Source: Octopus sinensis
Lineage: Eukaryota
Reading direction: 5' to 3'
NCBI RefSeq assembly: GCF_006345805.1
Contig: NC_042997.1
Span: 136,028,001-136,092,000 of the forward strand
Length of the DNA stretch: 64,000 nt
The translations under genes were made by a program, and so were the position numbers. This document shows positions 12,453-25,250 of this stretch, piece after piece. A model generated the notes under the pieces. It had not been told where the DNA came from and did not search any database. It saw nothing but the letters and a program-made list of their open reading frames with translations. Position 1 is the first letter of the stretch. The number at the start of each line of letters is the position of its first letter.

Positions 12453-15400
12453 GGAGAGTATAAAGAAGTAATATACGTTTATTACTATGCATTAGATAGG
12501 CCATCTCAAGAGAGACACACCGCAAACTCTTACAGTATATGGAGAACACGGAATCAAGACAGTAGGCCCTATTTGGACGAGAACAAATTGGCAAATGTGA
12601 GGAGGGATATCCTTAGAAATAACAGACTCACAAACAGTGAAATAAGCGCGATCAAGCACGTAACGGAACATGATAAAACAACAGTAACTGAAGATCTCGC
12701 ATTTGCTGAAGAATACAGAGAGTCTATGTCAGAAATGAGGCAGAAAATCTTGAATACGCTTGAAGTCGTAAGACATACAAGTATGAATGATAGAGAACCA
12801 CTTCATAAACTCTCAAATACAAACCAAAATAAAAAACAAATCCAAATTGGCAACTATGTAACAAATGAAATAATACAAGAATTAAAACCTGATTTTACTG
12901 AGTTAAATGAAATTATTTACGCTTCTGCTAGGGCAATTGAAACCAGCTGTATGCCCCCGAAAAAAACAAAGAAAACCAAACCTGGGAAGAAATCAAACCT
13001 GGAGAAGTAAAATTGAAAAAGAGATTGAATTTATGAGAGGGGAAATATCAATAGTAAATGAACTAATATGTTGAAATGATGTAAGATCCAGATCAGGAAG
13101 AAAGATGAAGAGAAAATTTGGATCCTTACCGAGAGAAGAACTGATATCAATAAAAGAAACGCTGAAACAAAAAGTCCAAGCAAAAGCCCAAAGAATACGA
13201 AGATTTGAGAAGAGAAACAAGTTTTACAAGCAAAATAAGCTGTTCACATCCAATGCCAAAAAATTCTACAGAGAAATAGGGAAGGAGAAAGTAACCGTTA
13301 AAGACCCCCCTCCCATGGAAGAAGTTCAATACTTTTGGAAAAGGATTTGGAGTGACAAGAAGACGTACAACATAAATGCAGACTGGATTATACAAGCAGA
13401 AGGATCCTACCAAAATTTACAACAAGCATGGGAAGACATCACAATAGCAGACCTAAGAAAGGCACTCACGAAGGTCCATAATTGGAAATCCCCCGGTAAA
13501 GATAGGGTGCCGAATTTCTGGCTCACATCGCTCCCATGCGCACACGGTAAGCTAGTTCAGCTGCTCAATGGAATTATGAGAGACCCAAAGAAAACACCTG
13601 AATGGTTAGCAAGTGGTATTACTTACCTACTCCCAAAGAATAACGAAACCAACCTTCCAAAAAACTACCGGTCTATAACCTGTCTATCCACCACGTATAA
13701 AACCCTAACATCTATCCTGGCGGAGAAAACATATGCATTCATGGAGAAGAACGATATTTTCCCCATTGAACAAAAAGGGTGCCGCCGAGGCTCATACGGA
13801 TGCAAAGATCAACTGCTAATTAATCGTATGATCCTTGAGAACTGTCACAACAAGCGCAGAAATCTCAGCTCCGTATGGATTGTCTATAAAAAGTCCTTCG
13901 ACAGTATACCGTATCCATGGATCTTGAGATCGCTGGACATCTTCAAAATTTCCTCTGTGATTTCAAACTTCCTGAAGTACAATATGTCGTTGTGGAATAC
14001 GAATCTCCAATTATACCACTCTAATGGAGTACTTGCCTCAGAAAATATAAACATCAACTGTAGAATTTTTCAAGATGATTCACTTTCACCTTTAATATTC
14101 TGCATAGCCCTAATACCTCTTACAAGTGAATTAAACAGAACAGGGTATGGGTATAAAATTGCCAATAAAAAAAAGCCATCTATTTTATATGGATGAATTA
14201 AAACTCTATGGTAAAGACGATAATGAACTTGAAGGCTTATTGCGCACTGTAAAAGCATTCAGCGATGACATCGGAATGGAGTTTGGGCTGGAGAAGTGTG
14301 CCAAGGCCACTTTCCAGAAAGGGCAAATTCAGTCGTGTTAGATGTTGACACAGTCATAAGAGAGCTTGAGCAAGAACAAACATACAAATATTTAGGGATA
14401 AATGAAGGCTCTGGTATTCAGCATGCAAGCATGAAAGAGAAAATCAGAAATGAATGTTATAGGAGAGTTCGTGCAGTCCTGAAATCTGAACTAAATGCAC
14501 GTAACAAGGTGTTAGCTATAAATTCCTTAGCAGTTCCAGTTGTTACTTATAGCTACAATGTGTTGAACTGGAATATGAGTGAAGTAAAAAATATAGATAG
14601 GAAAATACGCAAGCTGCTGAGTTGTAATAGGATGCACCACCCAAAGGCAGACGTAGATCGCCTTTACCTTCCCAGAGCCCGAGGAGGTCGAGGCCTGATC
14701 CAATTTGAACTAGCTTACAAAACAACCACAATTGGACTGGCCAAATATCTTGAAATAACGAATGACTGGATGCTAAATCTCGTGGAAAATCACGAGAGAC
14801 GAAAGAAGCTCCATTCTATCATAAAGGAAAGCAAAAAATTTGCTATTGATCTCGTGCAGGATACCCAAACTGAACAACCCGAGGGAAGTACGGCAACTAT
14901 TGTTGCAAAGAAGGTGAAAATAATGGCAACGAAAAAAGCGCACGAGCAATTGGTTGATAGGTGGGAGGAGAAACCTATGCACAGCAAATATGTGGCCCGT
15001 AGCAAACAAGCTGATGTTGACCAGAAGCAAACCCATCACTGGCTACGGAGCTCAGGGCTAAAAGCAGAGAGGGAAGATTTCATCCTGGCTGCTCAAGATC
15101 CAAGCCTATTAACCCGGAACTACCAGGCCAATGTGATGAAAAATGGAGCAGACCCAAAATGCCAATTCTGCAACGACATGATTGAAACAGTGGAACACCT
15201 AATCTCTGGATGTAAAGTCTAAGCACCAGTGGAGTATAAATTAAGACATGACAGAGTTGGCCAATATCTACACTGGCTAATAAGTCGGCATTACAATATC
15301 AAAACTGCCGACAAGTGGTATAATCACCACCCTGAAGCTGTAACTGAAGGAGAAAATGTAACCATTCTGTGGGACTTTCCAGTACATACAGACCGAACCA

Positions 15401-15902
15401 TCAAAGCCAATAAACCGGATATTGTTGTGAAAGACCAAAACAATAAAGTTTGCTTATTGATCGACATGAGCATCCCCTGTGATCATAATATTTCGGCGAA
15501 AGAGTTTGACAAGCTCAGAAAATATAAAGACCTGCTCATTGAAATTGAGAAAATGTGGCATCTCAAGGCGGTTACAATACCAGTGATCGTAGGAGCACTA
15601 GGAATGATCAAGAACGGAACCGAAAATTATATGAGAATGATCCCTGGCTTACCATCCCTACAAGAAGTGCAAAAGATTGTCTTAACTGGTACATCACATG
15701 TATTGAGAAGAGCATTGTCGATGTGAGAACTATTACTACCCATATATTTTAATTTAACTTTTAAAAAAAATATTAAAATGAACGAACTAGTGAGTTTAGT
15801 TTAATGGCCAACCAATGTATACTATGAGTTTCTTTGCACTAGGTGTCGGGAAGACACTCGGCAAGAAATGGAAGCAAATTTGAAAGAAGAGGAAAAAAAA
15901 AG
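12453..15902 (+). mobile_element. R4/Dong-clade retrotransposon, copy 3 (third family, nearly full length)
   Basis: ORF pieces 12444-13010, 13105-14196, 14147-14341, 14296-15222 and 15229-15726 give the N-terminal domain, RT (YMDELKL), CQFC..ETVEHLISGC and RLE. The 3'UTR runs into (TAA)n. Confidence 0.93.
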
Positions 15903-15908
15903 ATAATA

Positions 15909-15988
<80 letters not shown>

Positions 15989-15994
15989 ATAGTA

Positions 15995-16065
<71 letters not shown>

Positions 16066-16080
16066 AACAATAACAATAAC

Positions 16081-16125
<45 letters not shown>
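15903..16125 (+). repeat. Compound (TAA)/(TAG)/(CAA) microsatellite
   Basis: In-phase blocks TAA, TAG, TAA, CAA, TAA directly after Dong copy 3. Confidence 0.95.
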
Positions 16126-16217
16126 TGGGGAAGATCAATCCCAGTGCCACAGGAATGAGAGATTCAAATTAAATATATTAAATTGAATTTCTTTTAATAA
16201 TCAATTCATATATATCA

Positions 16218-16472
16218 AAATAGTGTTAGAGATAGCAACACCTACAATTTCATCAACTCCAAACGATATTAACTCAACCAAGCCATAAAATATTTAATAT
16301 TATACTTACTTACAACACGTGTTTCATGAGGGTACGTATGGCATTGTTAAGACACAAAGTCTTAACAATGCCATATAAATAGTCAGTATAATATTAAATA
16401 TTTATGGCTTGTTTGAGTTAATATCGTTCGGAGTTGATGAAGTTGGTGCTGTTTCTATCTGTAACACTATTT
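16218..16472. repeat. Foldback (MITE-like) with an inner perfect hairpin
   Basis: Imperfect arms 16218-16310 and 16381-16472. Perfect 17-bp inner stem 16337-16353 / 16359-16375. TA-rich flanks. Confidence 0.85.
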
Positions 16473-16589
16473 ATATATATATATATATAACAGACAGGTG
16501 TGCAGGTGTCCAGTACCGATGCAGCGTAAAGATCTAGAAATCATGGTCTACTGGTCTTGCCAAGCTGGAGAGGAGTGATTCGCTCCTTT

Positions 16590-17730
16590 ACTCACAATAT
16601 ACTGGACACAGATCGTATGTCGTTAACCAAATGGAAAAGACGTTTTCCTGGACGTACATGCACAGGAGCGTAGCCCCACCTACCAAAGATTCTGAAAGTA
16701 TTAACCATGAGGTTAGAGAGATACCGATTAAACTAGGCATAAGAGATATGGTAGAGACAGTTGCAAAAGAATGGGCCTTGATAACGATCAAGGACCATAA
16801 AACAAACTTCGCTTGTAACCCCAAGTGCAGGCTAATAAAGCTTGCGATGTCGGAGATCAGACAGGTAAGCAAACGGCTTATCAGGAAGATCAGCAACGAC
16901 GTTAGAAACGCCTCTGACCTCGCCATATGGCGTAACACCAACGTGGCCATTACATGGTTTAAAATGAATAGCAGAAAGGGTAGAGTTAGGTTTCCTTGCA
17001 GAAATCCTTAATTTGATGTCTGGTGTCTATAGACCCTTTAGGAATCCAAACAAGAAGCTATCATACATTAACACATGTTCTTGTCATCCACAGATTGCTG
17101 TCATAGTTTTCAAGAACTTGATAAAGGGCGTCAGCAGAAGATTCTCCAGCTTATCTTAAAGTAAAGAGATTTTCGATGCTGCGTCCCGTACTACAATGAG
17201 GCTCTGGCTGCCAGCAATGCAAGGATAGGATTAGCTGCACGCCAGAACTTAACACCTCCAAACGAGAGCGACACCTGGAAGAGTTTTGGTTCACACCGCC
17301 CTTCTCTTTAAATGTTAAAACCCGAGTAGGTAAGATTTATTTCTTAGCTTAGTTAAGCACTTCCCCCGTACAAATAGATTCAACAAAATATTAAATAGGC
17401 ATACCTTGAGAATTTCCTTTATCTGTGCATCTGATGTAAAAATGGTTTTAGTAAGTAAGTTCTACATGAGGCAAACTTAACAGCTATAGGATCAAATGGG
17501 CAGTCAAACGTGCAAAAGTATGGAGCGCATGAAGAAACTTTCAGAAACCCGATTTAACAACCACAAGTCCTACTTTAACATTCCGGGGAGTCGCAACGCC
17601 ACAAATCCGGCTAAGCACGTTTGGTCTTTGACTACAACATCAAGTGGAAAATCATGGGGAAATGTAAAGTGTACTTCAGTAGCAGCAGGAAGCGCAGGCT
17701 ATGTTTGGCTGGGAATTAATTATTAGCAAA
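16590..17730 (+). mobile_element. Degraded Penelope-like element (RT core deleted)
   Basis: ITIKDHKTNF..NPKCRLI and WRNT..AITWFK (N-terminal RT region), then PYYNEAL and WFTPPFSLNV..KHFP, then the GIY-YIG tail RFNNHKS..KHVWSL..YNIKWKI. Collinear with the PLE at 62655. Confidence 0.8.
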
Positions 17731-17741
17731 TTAATTATGTG

Positions 17742-19211
17742 ACTGTTTCCGACGAGGAATGTTATAAGTATCTAGGGGTGGATGAAAATATCTTATTGAG
17801 GCACTTGTAACAAAACACGTACCACTAAAGAATATTACAGCCGAATAAAGAAAATTTTACCCCAGAACGCTCTGCATTCAACATTTGGGCTGCTTGATTG
17901 GACACTTGATGAGATCCGAGCCATTGATTTGAAAACCCGAAAAATACTAACAAGCACACATCATTTCCTCATAAACAGTGATGTAGACCGCCTCTACCTA
18001 AAACAAAAACAAGGCGGAAGAGGCTTAACATCGATCCAAAATGCTTTTGAATGTCGCATAATATCCATTCGGAAACATCATTTAACCACCAAGTGTCGAA
18101 GTGTATCCCTTGACCAAGTTGGAATACATGAGACTGATAACATCGTAAGACTTGGAAGGCAGCTACTTCAGCAACACTCTTTGTCTGATAACCTAAAATA
18201 CATGCCCAAACAAGTCGCACGACTCTACCGCAACGTATCTTCAGGTGAAAGGAGCACAAGGCTCTCTCATGGACTAATAGCCGGATTACTAATTCCTACT
18301 TTGAAGGGTATTCATTTGCAATCCAGGAACAGGAAATATCAACCACGTACCTGATGCACAAAAGGGATAGAGATGCAAGTTAAGTCGGAAAGTATGACAA
18401 CCGATGCAGACTTTGTGGAGTTCATAGTGAAAATATCACTCACATATTAAGCAGTTATCCGAAAAGGTCATCACGGTATTATCTACCGATGAAACATGAG
18501 GTTGTAGCTAGGACGTTCTATAATGAAATCCGTCGGAAAGATAATCCCGAAAACAAAGAAATAAGGACCCACAGTATGATAGAAGCCATAGCCACTCATA
18601 ATAAAAAGGAATAATGGTGGAATGTACCAGGGAAGTCCTCAATAAAATGTAAGCACAGCAGACCTGCTATAATGATTTGGGATAGAGAAGAGAAATTGTG
18701 TACAGTTGTGAAAATTAACTACTCAGCGGATGTTAACATAAAGCGAAAGATCACTGAAAAAGAGAACACTTATGCTGAACAATTGAAAAATCTGCAGTTA
18801 CTCTATCCAGATTAAAAGTTTAGATTTATACTTGTAATTACAGGTGCTCTAGGACGTGTAACACACTGCCCAAATACCAATCTTGAGAAATTGGGCTTCT
18901 CAGGGCCAGAAAGGATAACGTTAATTCGAAGACTACAGATCCAATCTATCACTGGAACTGCTAAAATCTCTAAAACTTTCCAGAAGTCTATCAATTATAT
19001 ATATATGAGCATGTCTAGATATGCAACTATATGCATGAGAATACATACATGAATCATACAAATCTGCACATACATACATACATACATACATACATACATA
19101 CAAAAATACCCTGCTGTGGATGTTGAAATTCCAATGAAGGAGTCTTGGATCTAGTTTAGGAACCGGTTCTTTCTCTATTGGCAAGAACTCTTGAAATAAA
19201 CTGAATAATGA
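17742..19211 (+). mobile_element. R4/Dong-clade retrotransposon, copy 4 (5'-truncated, fourth family, ends in (TACA)n)
   Basis: ECYKYLGVDE, DLKTRKILT..DVDRLYL..GGRGL, and the RLE tail ITGALG..LQIQSITGTAKISKTF. The putative 3'UTR ends CTTGAAATAAACTGAATAATGA and is followed by (TACA)n. Confidence 0.8.
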
Positions 19212-19213
19212 TA

Positions 19214-19356
19214 TACATACATACATACATACATACATACATACATACATACATACATACATACATGCATACATACATACATGCATACATACATACATAC
19301 ATACATACATACATACATACATACATACATACATACATACATACATACATACATAC
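19214..19356 (+). repeat. (TACA)n microsatellite
   Basis: About 35 TACA units with two TGCA variants. Confidence 0.95.
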
Positions 19357-20220
19357 AGCAAAACTGAGTTGTAAATGCTGATACCGAAAACCAAAACGTG
19401 ATACAGAGAGACTGATACTGTTCCACAATTTGAGACCTAAATCAATAGTTTGCATCTGTCTTTTCATGACTAATTTTGCTTGCTGTAATGTGTCGGTTAG
19501 AACCTTACAAAATATTTACAGGATAAATCTTGCCAACGTTGCTACAAGTAGTTTTATTCACCTCATCGGCACTAGGAGAGAACGAGCATTTGAATAGATA
19601 AGGCAGCCATCGAGTATATTTCAAGCCTAAAGTACGAAATGAACTCAACACTTAATGAAACAGTAAAGTTAATGAAATATTCACAAAATTATAGTAGTTT
19701 TTCTCACTACTCACTCTTCTACTAAGAGCATTGCGAGAAACGTATATGACTATAGATTATGTGCTATGTGACTATAGACTATGTGTTATGTGACGAACAT
19801 ATCCCAAAATGCTTTTAGCTCGACCAGCAAGCCATCCACAGTAGAAAAATACGGTGAGAATAATCCCATGACGGTCCAATCATTCACACTCGTTAATCTG
19901 AATTGTCTTTCTGTTATAGTTTAGTTTAACTTATGTGTGGCTAATTTGTATTTATTTGTGATTATTGATACTTAAAATCCGTTTCTTTGTTGTTTTTTTT
20001 TCAATGGTTAGAAATTATAAAATCATGAAACTAACTTTGAGTTTACCAATAAACTTTGTATTTATGTATAACAAGAATACTTGTACTGATAAGTTCAAGC
20101 AACACAAAAGTTTATGTTTGCGAAATGTCATTTGTATGACAATAGGTTGATTATTGAATGTGACCTGTCTAGTCATAGAACAATTGATAAACATTAGTTC
20201 TGATATGAAAAAGAATAAGA

Positions 20221-20431
20221 AGTCGGTGAGATAGTAGAATCGTTAGCAGGCGAGGAAAAATGCTTAGCCTCATTCCGTCCGTCTTTACGTTCTGAGTTCA
20301 AATTCCGCCGAGGTTGACTTTGCCTTTCATTCTTTTCGGAGTCGATGAATTAAGTACCAGTCAAGTGCTGTGGCCGATCTGATTGACTCTCCCCTTCCTC
20401 CTAATTTCAGGCCTTGTGACTATAGAAGAAA
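20221..20431 (+). mobile_element. SINE family A with a 20-bp target-site duplication
   Basis: TGATATGAAAAAGAATAAGA at 20201-20220 and 20432-20451 flanks the SINE body (GTTCTGAGTTCAAATTCCGCCGAGG). Confidence 0.88.
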
Positions 20432-20587
20432 TGATATGAAAAAGAATAAGATTTGTTGGCTGTTTTCTTTCATTAAAATATTCACCTCTACAAATATGGG
20501 TTTAAGAAATGAGACATTTTGTAATCAAAGGCTACACGACATAAATCAAAACATTGATGATGATATTAAACGAGAATATTTTCCACA

Positions 20588-20710
20588 AATTTGAACTCAG
20601 AACGTAAAGACGGACGAAATGAGGCTAAGCATTTTTCCTCGCCTGCTAACGATTCTACAATCTCACCGACTTCTTATTCTTTTTCATATCAGAACTAATG
20701 TTTAGTCAAT
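20588..20710 (-). repeat. Inverted duplication of 20183-20304 (SINE head plus its flank)
   Basis: Near-identical reverse complement that includes the non-SINE flank and the TSD sequence. Confidence 0.88.
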
Positions 20711-21359
20711 ACAAATATCTCATAAGGACATATAAAGATTCCTTCATCTATAACAATCATAATCAACGTTGAATATGGAATTTAATGTGGATCTAATTCA
20801 TATCCAAGTTAAATGTTCATAGCTAAAAATTGATACATAATTTTTAGTAATATATCTTAAGAGAATCCTATGTATAGATATATATATTTTCAGTCAAACA
20901 GAAATTGTCTTTTACACTGATATGTTGAAAAGTCCTCTAGTCTCGACTTATTCTATAATTTTATATTTATCTACAATGCATAACAAAAGTATGTCAACAG
21001 TTGTTAACCGGTAATTTATCTCATCAGCCATGGATGAAAATTAAAATTGAAGCTAAAGCGTAAAAAAACAGTAAGTAAACGTTAGATCATTTCTCAATGC
21101 TTTTTCTTTTTTGTGACAATCCATTGCCGTTCTAATGTGAAATTGGCAAGAAACAGTAGAAACATGTCTGCCTAAATTGTGGAACCATAATTCAAATTTC
21201 ATGTGAAAGCAAATATTTTCTTTCTTAACGCTCTATCTATCAATAGACCACATCAAAATATTACACATCTCCAAAAGTCTGCACCACACACTCAAAGGCA
21301 TTTTCCCCAGTGCGGTTGGTAAATGCCAAAAATATCTCACAAAGAAACTGTACTGGGAT

Positions 21360-24300
21360 CTTCTCGAGGACAAACCAACGGAGGAGAAAGCAAAAACTTT
21401 CGAGCAGTAAGTAACCCTCTGTATTCTAATTCATTAGAACTATGATCAAGATTGGTTGTGTAAATGCGCGTGGCTTGGGGTCCCCTTGGAAACAAGGGTA
21501 CCTCTTAAATGACATAAAGTCACATAAGTTAGAAATCATAGCCATAAGCGAGACCAGACTCCACAATCCGCGGGCCCTAAAGACCATGTTTGGCGGACAG
21601 TTCAACATTTATTTTTCCCCCTGTCTGCCGAGAATGGGCGGTAGTGGCACCGCGGTACTTTTTCACAAGAGTCTGGATCTCAATGTAAGGACAATATTCG
21701 TAGACCCGGAGGGTAGACTGGTCGTCCTGGATGTCGACGGCAGCAATGGGTGCGCTTTTCGACTCGTATCAGTTTACGCACCACCCTTAACAGGTCGGGC
21801 GGATTTCTTTCAACGTCTAGAAGTTTTCTTGGGAACGTCTCGTCCTTTACTCTTAGTGGGGGATTGGAATGCTACCTTGGACACGCATGTAGACTACGTG
21901 GGTAGAGATAGGAATAGACGGGGATGCAAATGCCTCAGAGACCTGCTCAGACGCTTTCAACTGTCTGACAGGTTCCGACTAGACCACCCGAATGCGCCAA
22001 CGTGGACATGGAGCAACCGCATCGGGTCGTCGAGATCGTATCTAGATAGGATACTGTGTAGGACAGTAGATAGAGATAGCATAGGATGTCCACAATTCCA
22101 CATAGTCAGCTACACGGATCACAAACTTGTGACATGTACGCTAGACTTAGGTAAGACACTTAGGCAGGGTCCCGGATACTGGAAACTAAACGCGTCTTTC
22201 CCATCGAGACAAGTTTTCAGAGACCGGATTAGCACACTAGTAAAGAGGGCTTTGACGGGAGCCATCATCAACAACAAATGGTGGTTTGCCTTCAAGAGAG
22301 CAGTAAAAGCAGAAGCGATTAGGTACAGCAAAGCACTAGCCATAGATAGAAATAGAGTAGAGGGTGAGCTAGTTAAGAAGCTAGAAGAGGCAATTAGAAG
22401 CGGCATCGCATCCGACGTTTTGGCGGCGAGGTTGGCCCTCGACCAACACTTCAACGCCAAACACGAAGGATGTGCTGTCAGAGCTAGGATGCGTGCTCTA
22501 AGGAACGAAGGTGTTGGAGCCGCGAGAGAGGCCCGGGTGGCAGAGGCGCAACAGGGCAACAAAGCCACCATTCGGTCACTGGTAGATGAACAGGGGCGCG
22601 AATTGCTCGAGCCAAGTAAAATGTGTGAGGCCTTTCAGCAGCATTTTGCCCGACTGTTCGGAACGAGTGGAGGGCAAGAACGTAGGGTGGACTTCAGTGC
22701 CTACCTACATAGCCTACCACGACTCTCGACAAGAAAGGCAGGGTGCTGCGAAGGTGCCTTCACGGCGGCGGAAGTGCGGGAAGCGATGGCAGAATGCTCG
22801 AGGGACAAATCACCGGGTTGGATGGTCTACCCTACGAGCTTTACAATTGTATGCCAGACTTGTTTGGAGATCTCTTGGCGGCGGTGTACAGCAACTGGCA
22901 GCAAAACGGGAGCATTCCTGGTTTTGTGAGCCGAGGAGCCGTAACACTGCTGAAGAAAGATCTAAGCAAGGAAATGTAATAGATAACTTTAGGCCCATCA
23001 CTCTGCTTAATGCAGACTTGAAAATTTTGGCCAAGGTGCTAGCCAAGAGGTTGGCGCTTGTCATCGAGAAACTGGTCGACAAGGCGCAAACATGCGCCGT
23101 GCCAGGCCGGACCATCCATGACAACCTCCATCTGATGCGCTACATCATAGACAGGGTAGTTAACGAACCTGGCATGGGTGGGGCCCTGATCAACTTGGAT
23201 CAATCGAAAGCCTTTGATAGGGTAGACCATCGATACTTGGAGGCAGTCCTGAGAGCGGCTGGTTTCGGTCCCGTCTTCCGCGGCTGGATAGCTGCCTTGT
23301 ACAGAGGCATCCGTTCGGTAATTCGCGTAAATGGACATCTATCGAGACCTTTCGACATTGCACGTTCGGTCCGTCAGGGATGCCCCCTCTCGGCGCTTCT
23401 ATACGTATTGACTCTTGAGCCACTACTGCGGAAGCTGGCGACTCTAAGGGGCATCCCGCGAGAATTGGGATGCGGGACGAGCGTGTCTGCATACGCGGAC
23501 GACGTCACCGTCATAGTGTCTAGCCACGAGCACATCGAGCTGGTCGGCGAGACACTGAAAAACTACGAAGCGGTGACAGGAGCGAAAATCAACCGGGAAA
23601 AGTCAGTGGGCTTGCGACTAGGGACCTGGAGAAGCAAGCCCATGCCGTCCACCAGCGCCTCCGTCGTGGGACGCTGGACCGACGGCCCGGTTGAGTTGCT
23701 CGGGATCTGGTTTGGTCCGGACCTCCAAGTGGAGAAGAACTGGAACGAGATAACGAGTAGGGTGGTCACTCTCGCCCGGCAATGGGCCGAGAGGAAACTG
23801 TCCCTAAAAGGTCGAGCGGAGGTGGCGAACACGTACATCGCGTCCGTCATCTACTACCGCCTGACCGTCGTACCTTGTCCCGACCCTACCATCACCAAAC
23901 TACAACGCATCCTCTTTCGCTTCTTGTGGAAAGGATGCGTCCCGATGGTCAGGCGATCCATTTGCTGTCAACACCCGTTAAAAGGAGGGCTGGGCATGCC
24001 GTGGTTGATGATGCGCAGACACGCGCTGAGACTGCGACATCTCTGGCTCTATGTAGACGACGGTGAACAGGTGTGGTCGCCGTTTGTGAGGCACGCTTTC
24101 CCGCAGCTCGTTTCCATGACCGAACTGCAGTCGTGGATCAAAAAGAGGCCGAGGAAGGGCGAGTGTCGCGTTGCTCTCAAGCAACTCTGCCGTCCTGGGT
24201 CGACCTTAAGTGACTTCAACACAACCAAAGCATTCTATAGGGGTTTAGTGGAGGGGAGGTACGACGACGAGCTCGGGGCGAACCTGGACGTCGACGAGGA

Positions 24301-25250
24301 GTACCTGACCCGCCTGTTCGGGACGACTTTCGGACCAGGGCCCATGGACAACTTCCAGAGATCCCTGGCCTGGCAGTGCTACCGAGAAGCGCTACCCGTT
24401 CGGGATAAGCTCTACAGACACGGCTCGAGAAACACGGGGCCGACCTGCCCGAGATGCGGTCAGAGCGACGAAACCGTTCTGCACGCACTCGTTCAGTGTC
24501 CAACAATTTCCGACCTGTGGGCTTATGTCGAACAACTGCTGTCACGTGTGGGACGAGTCGGTTTATCAGCTGAGTCTATCGTCAATATTGTCACGCCTCC
24601 TTCCTTCAAACGGGAAGGAAGAGCTATTTTCATCATCCTTGTGGCTATGGCGAAAGAATGTATCTGGTGGACGCGTCTGAAAGGATTGGAGACAAACACT
24701 TTCCTCTCTGGTCAATCTCTCATCAACTTCTTCAAGTACCACTTGAAAAGGAAAGTGAGAGTAGAGAGGCAAGTTTTGTCTAGCGAATGTTTTAAAAAAA
24801 GATGGGTGAATGTAACAAGAATGGCACGTATGAATGACGAAGCCACCTTGAGCATAGTCCTATGAACCCAGAAATCGAAAACAGAGAGTTGCTTATTTGC
24901 AAAAAAAAAAAAAAAAAAAAAGAAATATAAAATGTGACTTCATTGACCGAGGTTACCGTGGTCTTTTCCGTAGGCTTTTCTTTCCACGGGTAAACCTCAC
25001 CTGTCCTCCCCTTTACACTTCATATTGACATTTCTGTGATAACGATCCCTATTGATCAATTTTTTTTCCTCTCCCCCTTTTTTTTTTTTTTAACCCCCCC
25101 TTTTTTTTGTCCTCTTTCTCTCCTTTTACGATCCCTTTTGATCGAAACTCCCCCTTCCTTTTTTTTTTTTTTTAAAACCTTCAAAAGAAAAGCTCTACCT
25201 TGTAATTTGTTCTATCTGTGTGCAGCCCTGTGTGGCTAATAAAGAAACAT
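21360..25250 (+). mobile_element. Tx1/L1-clade LINE, 5'-truncated within the end of ORF1
   Basis: GC-rich island with an APE-RT ORF2. A putative ORF1 tail (LEDKPTEEKAKTFEQ*) ends at 21410. The 3'UTR has A and T tracts and ends GCCCTGTGTGGCTAATAAAGAAACATAT before AT/AC repeats. Confidence 0.92.
21442..24865 (+). pseudogene. LINE ORF2 (AP endonuclease, RT, zinc finger) with two frameshifts
   Basis: APE motifs NARGL, ISETRL, GDWN, YLDRIL and TDHKLV. RT motifs RPITLLN, DQSKAFDRV, QGCPLS and YADD. Zinc finger CPRC..ETVLHALVQC. The frame changes near 22815 (PGLDGLPYE is in ORF 22743-22979) and near 22970. Confidence 0.92.

Noticed and set aside
22119-24772. Antisense and alternative-frame ORFs inside the Tx1 element
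   Set aside because: They are shadows of a GC-rich ORF2 and have no recognisable domains.
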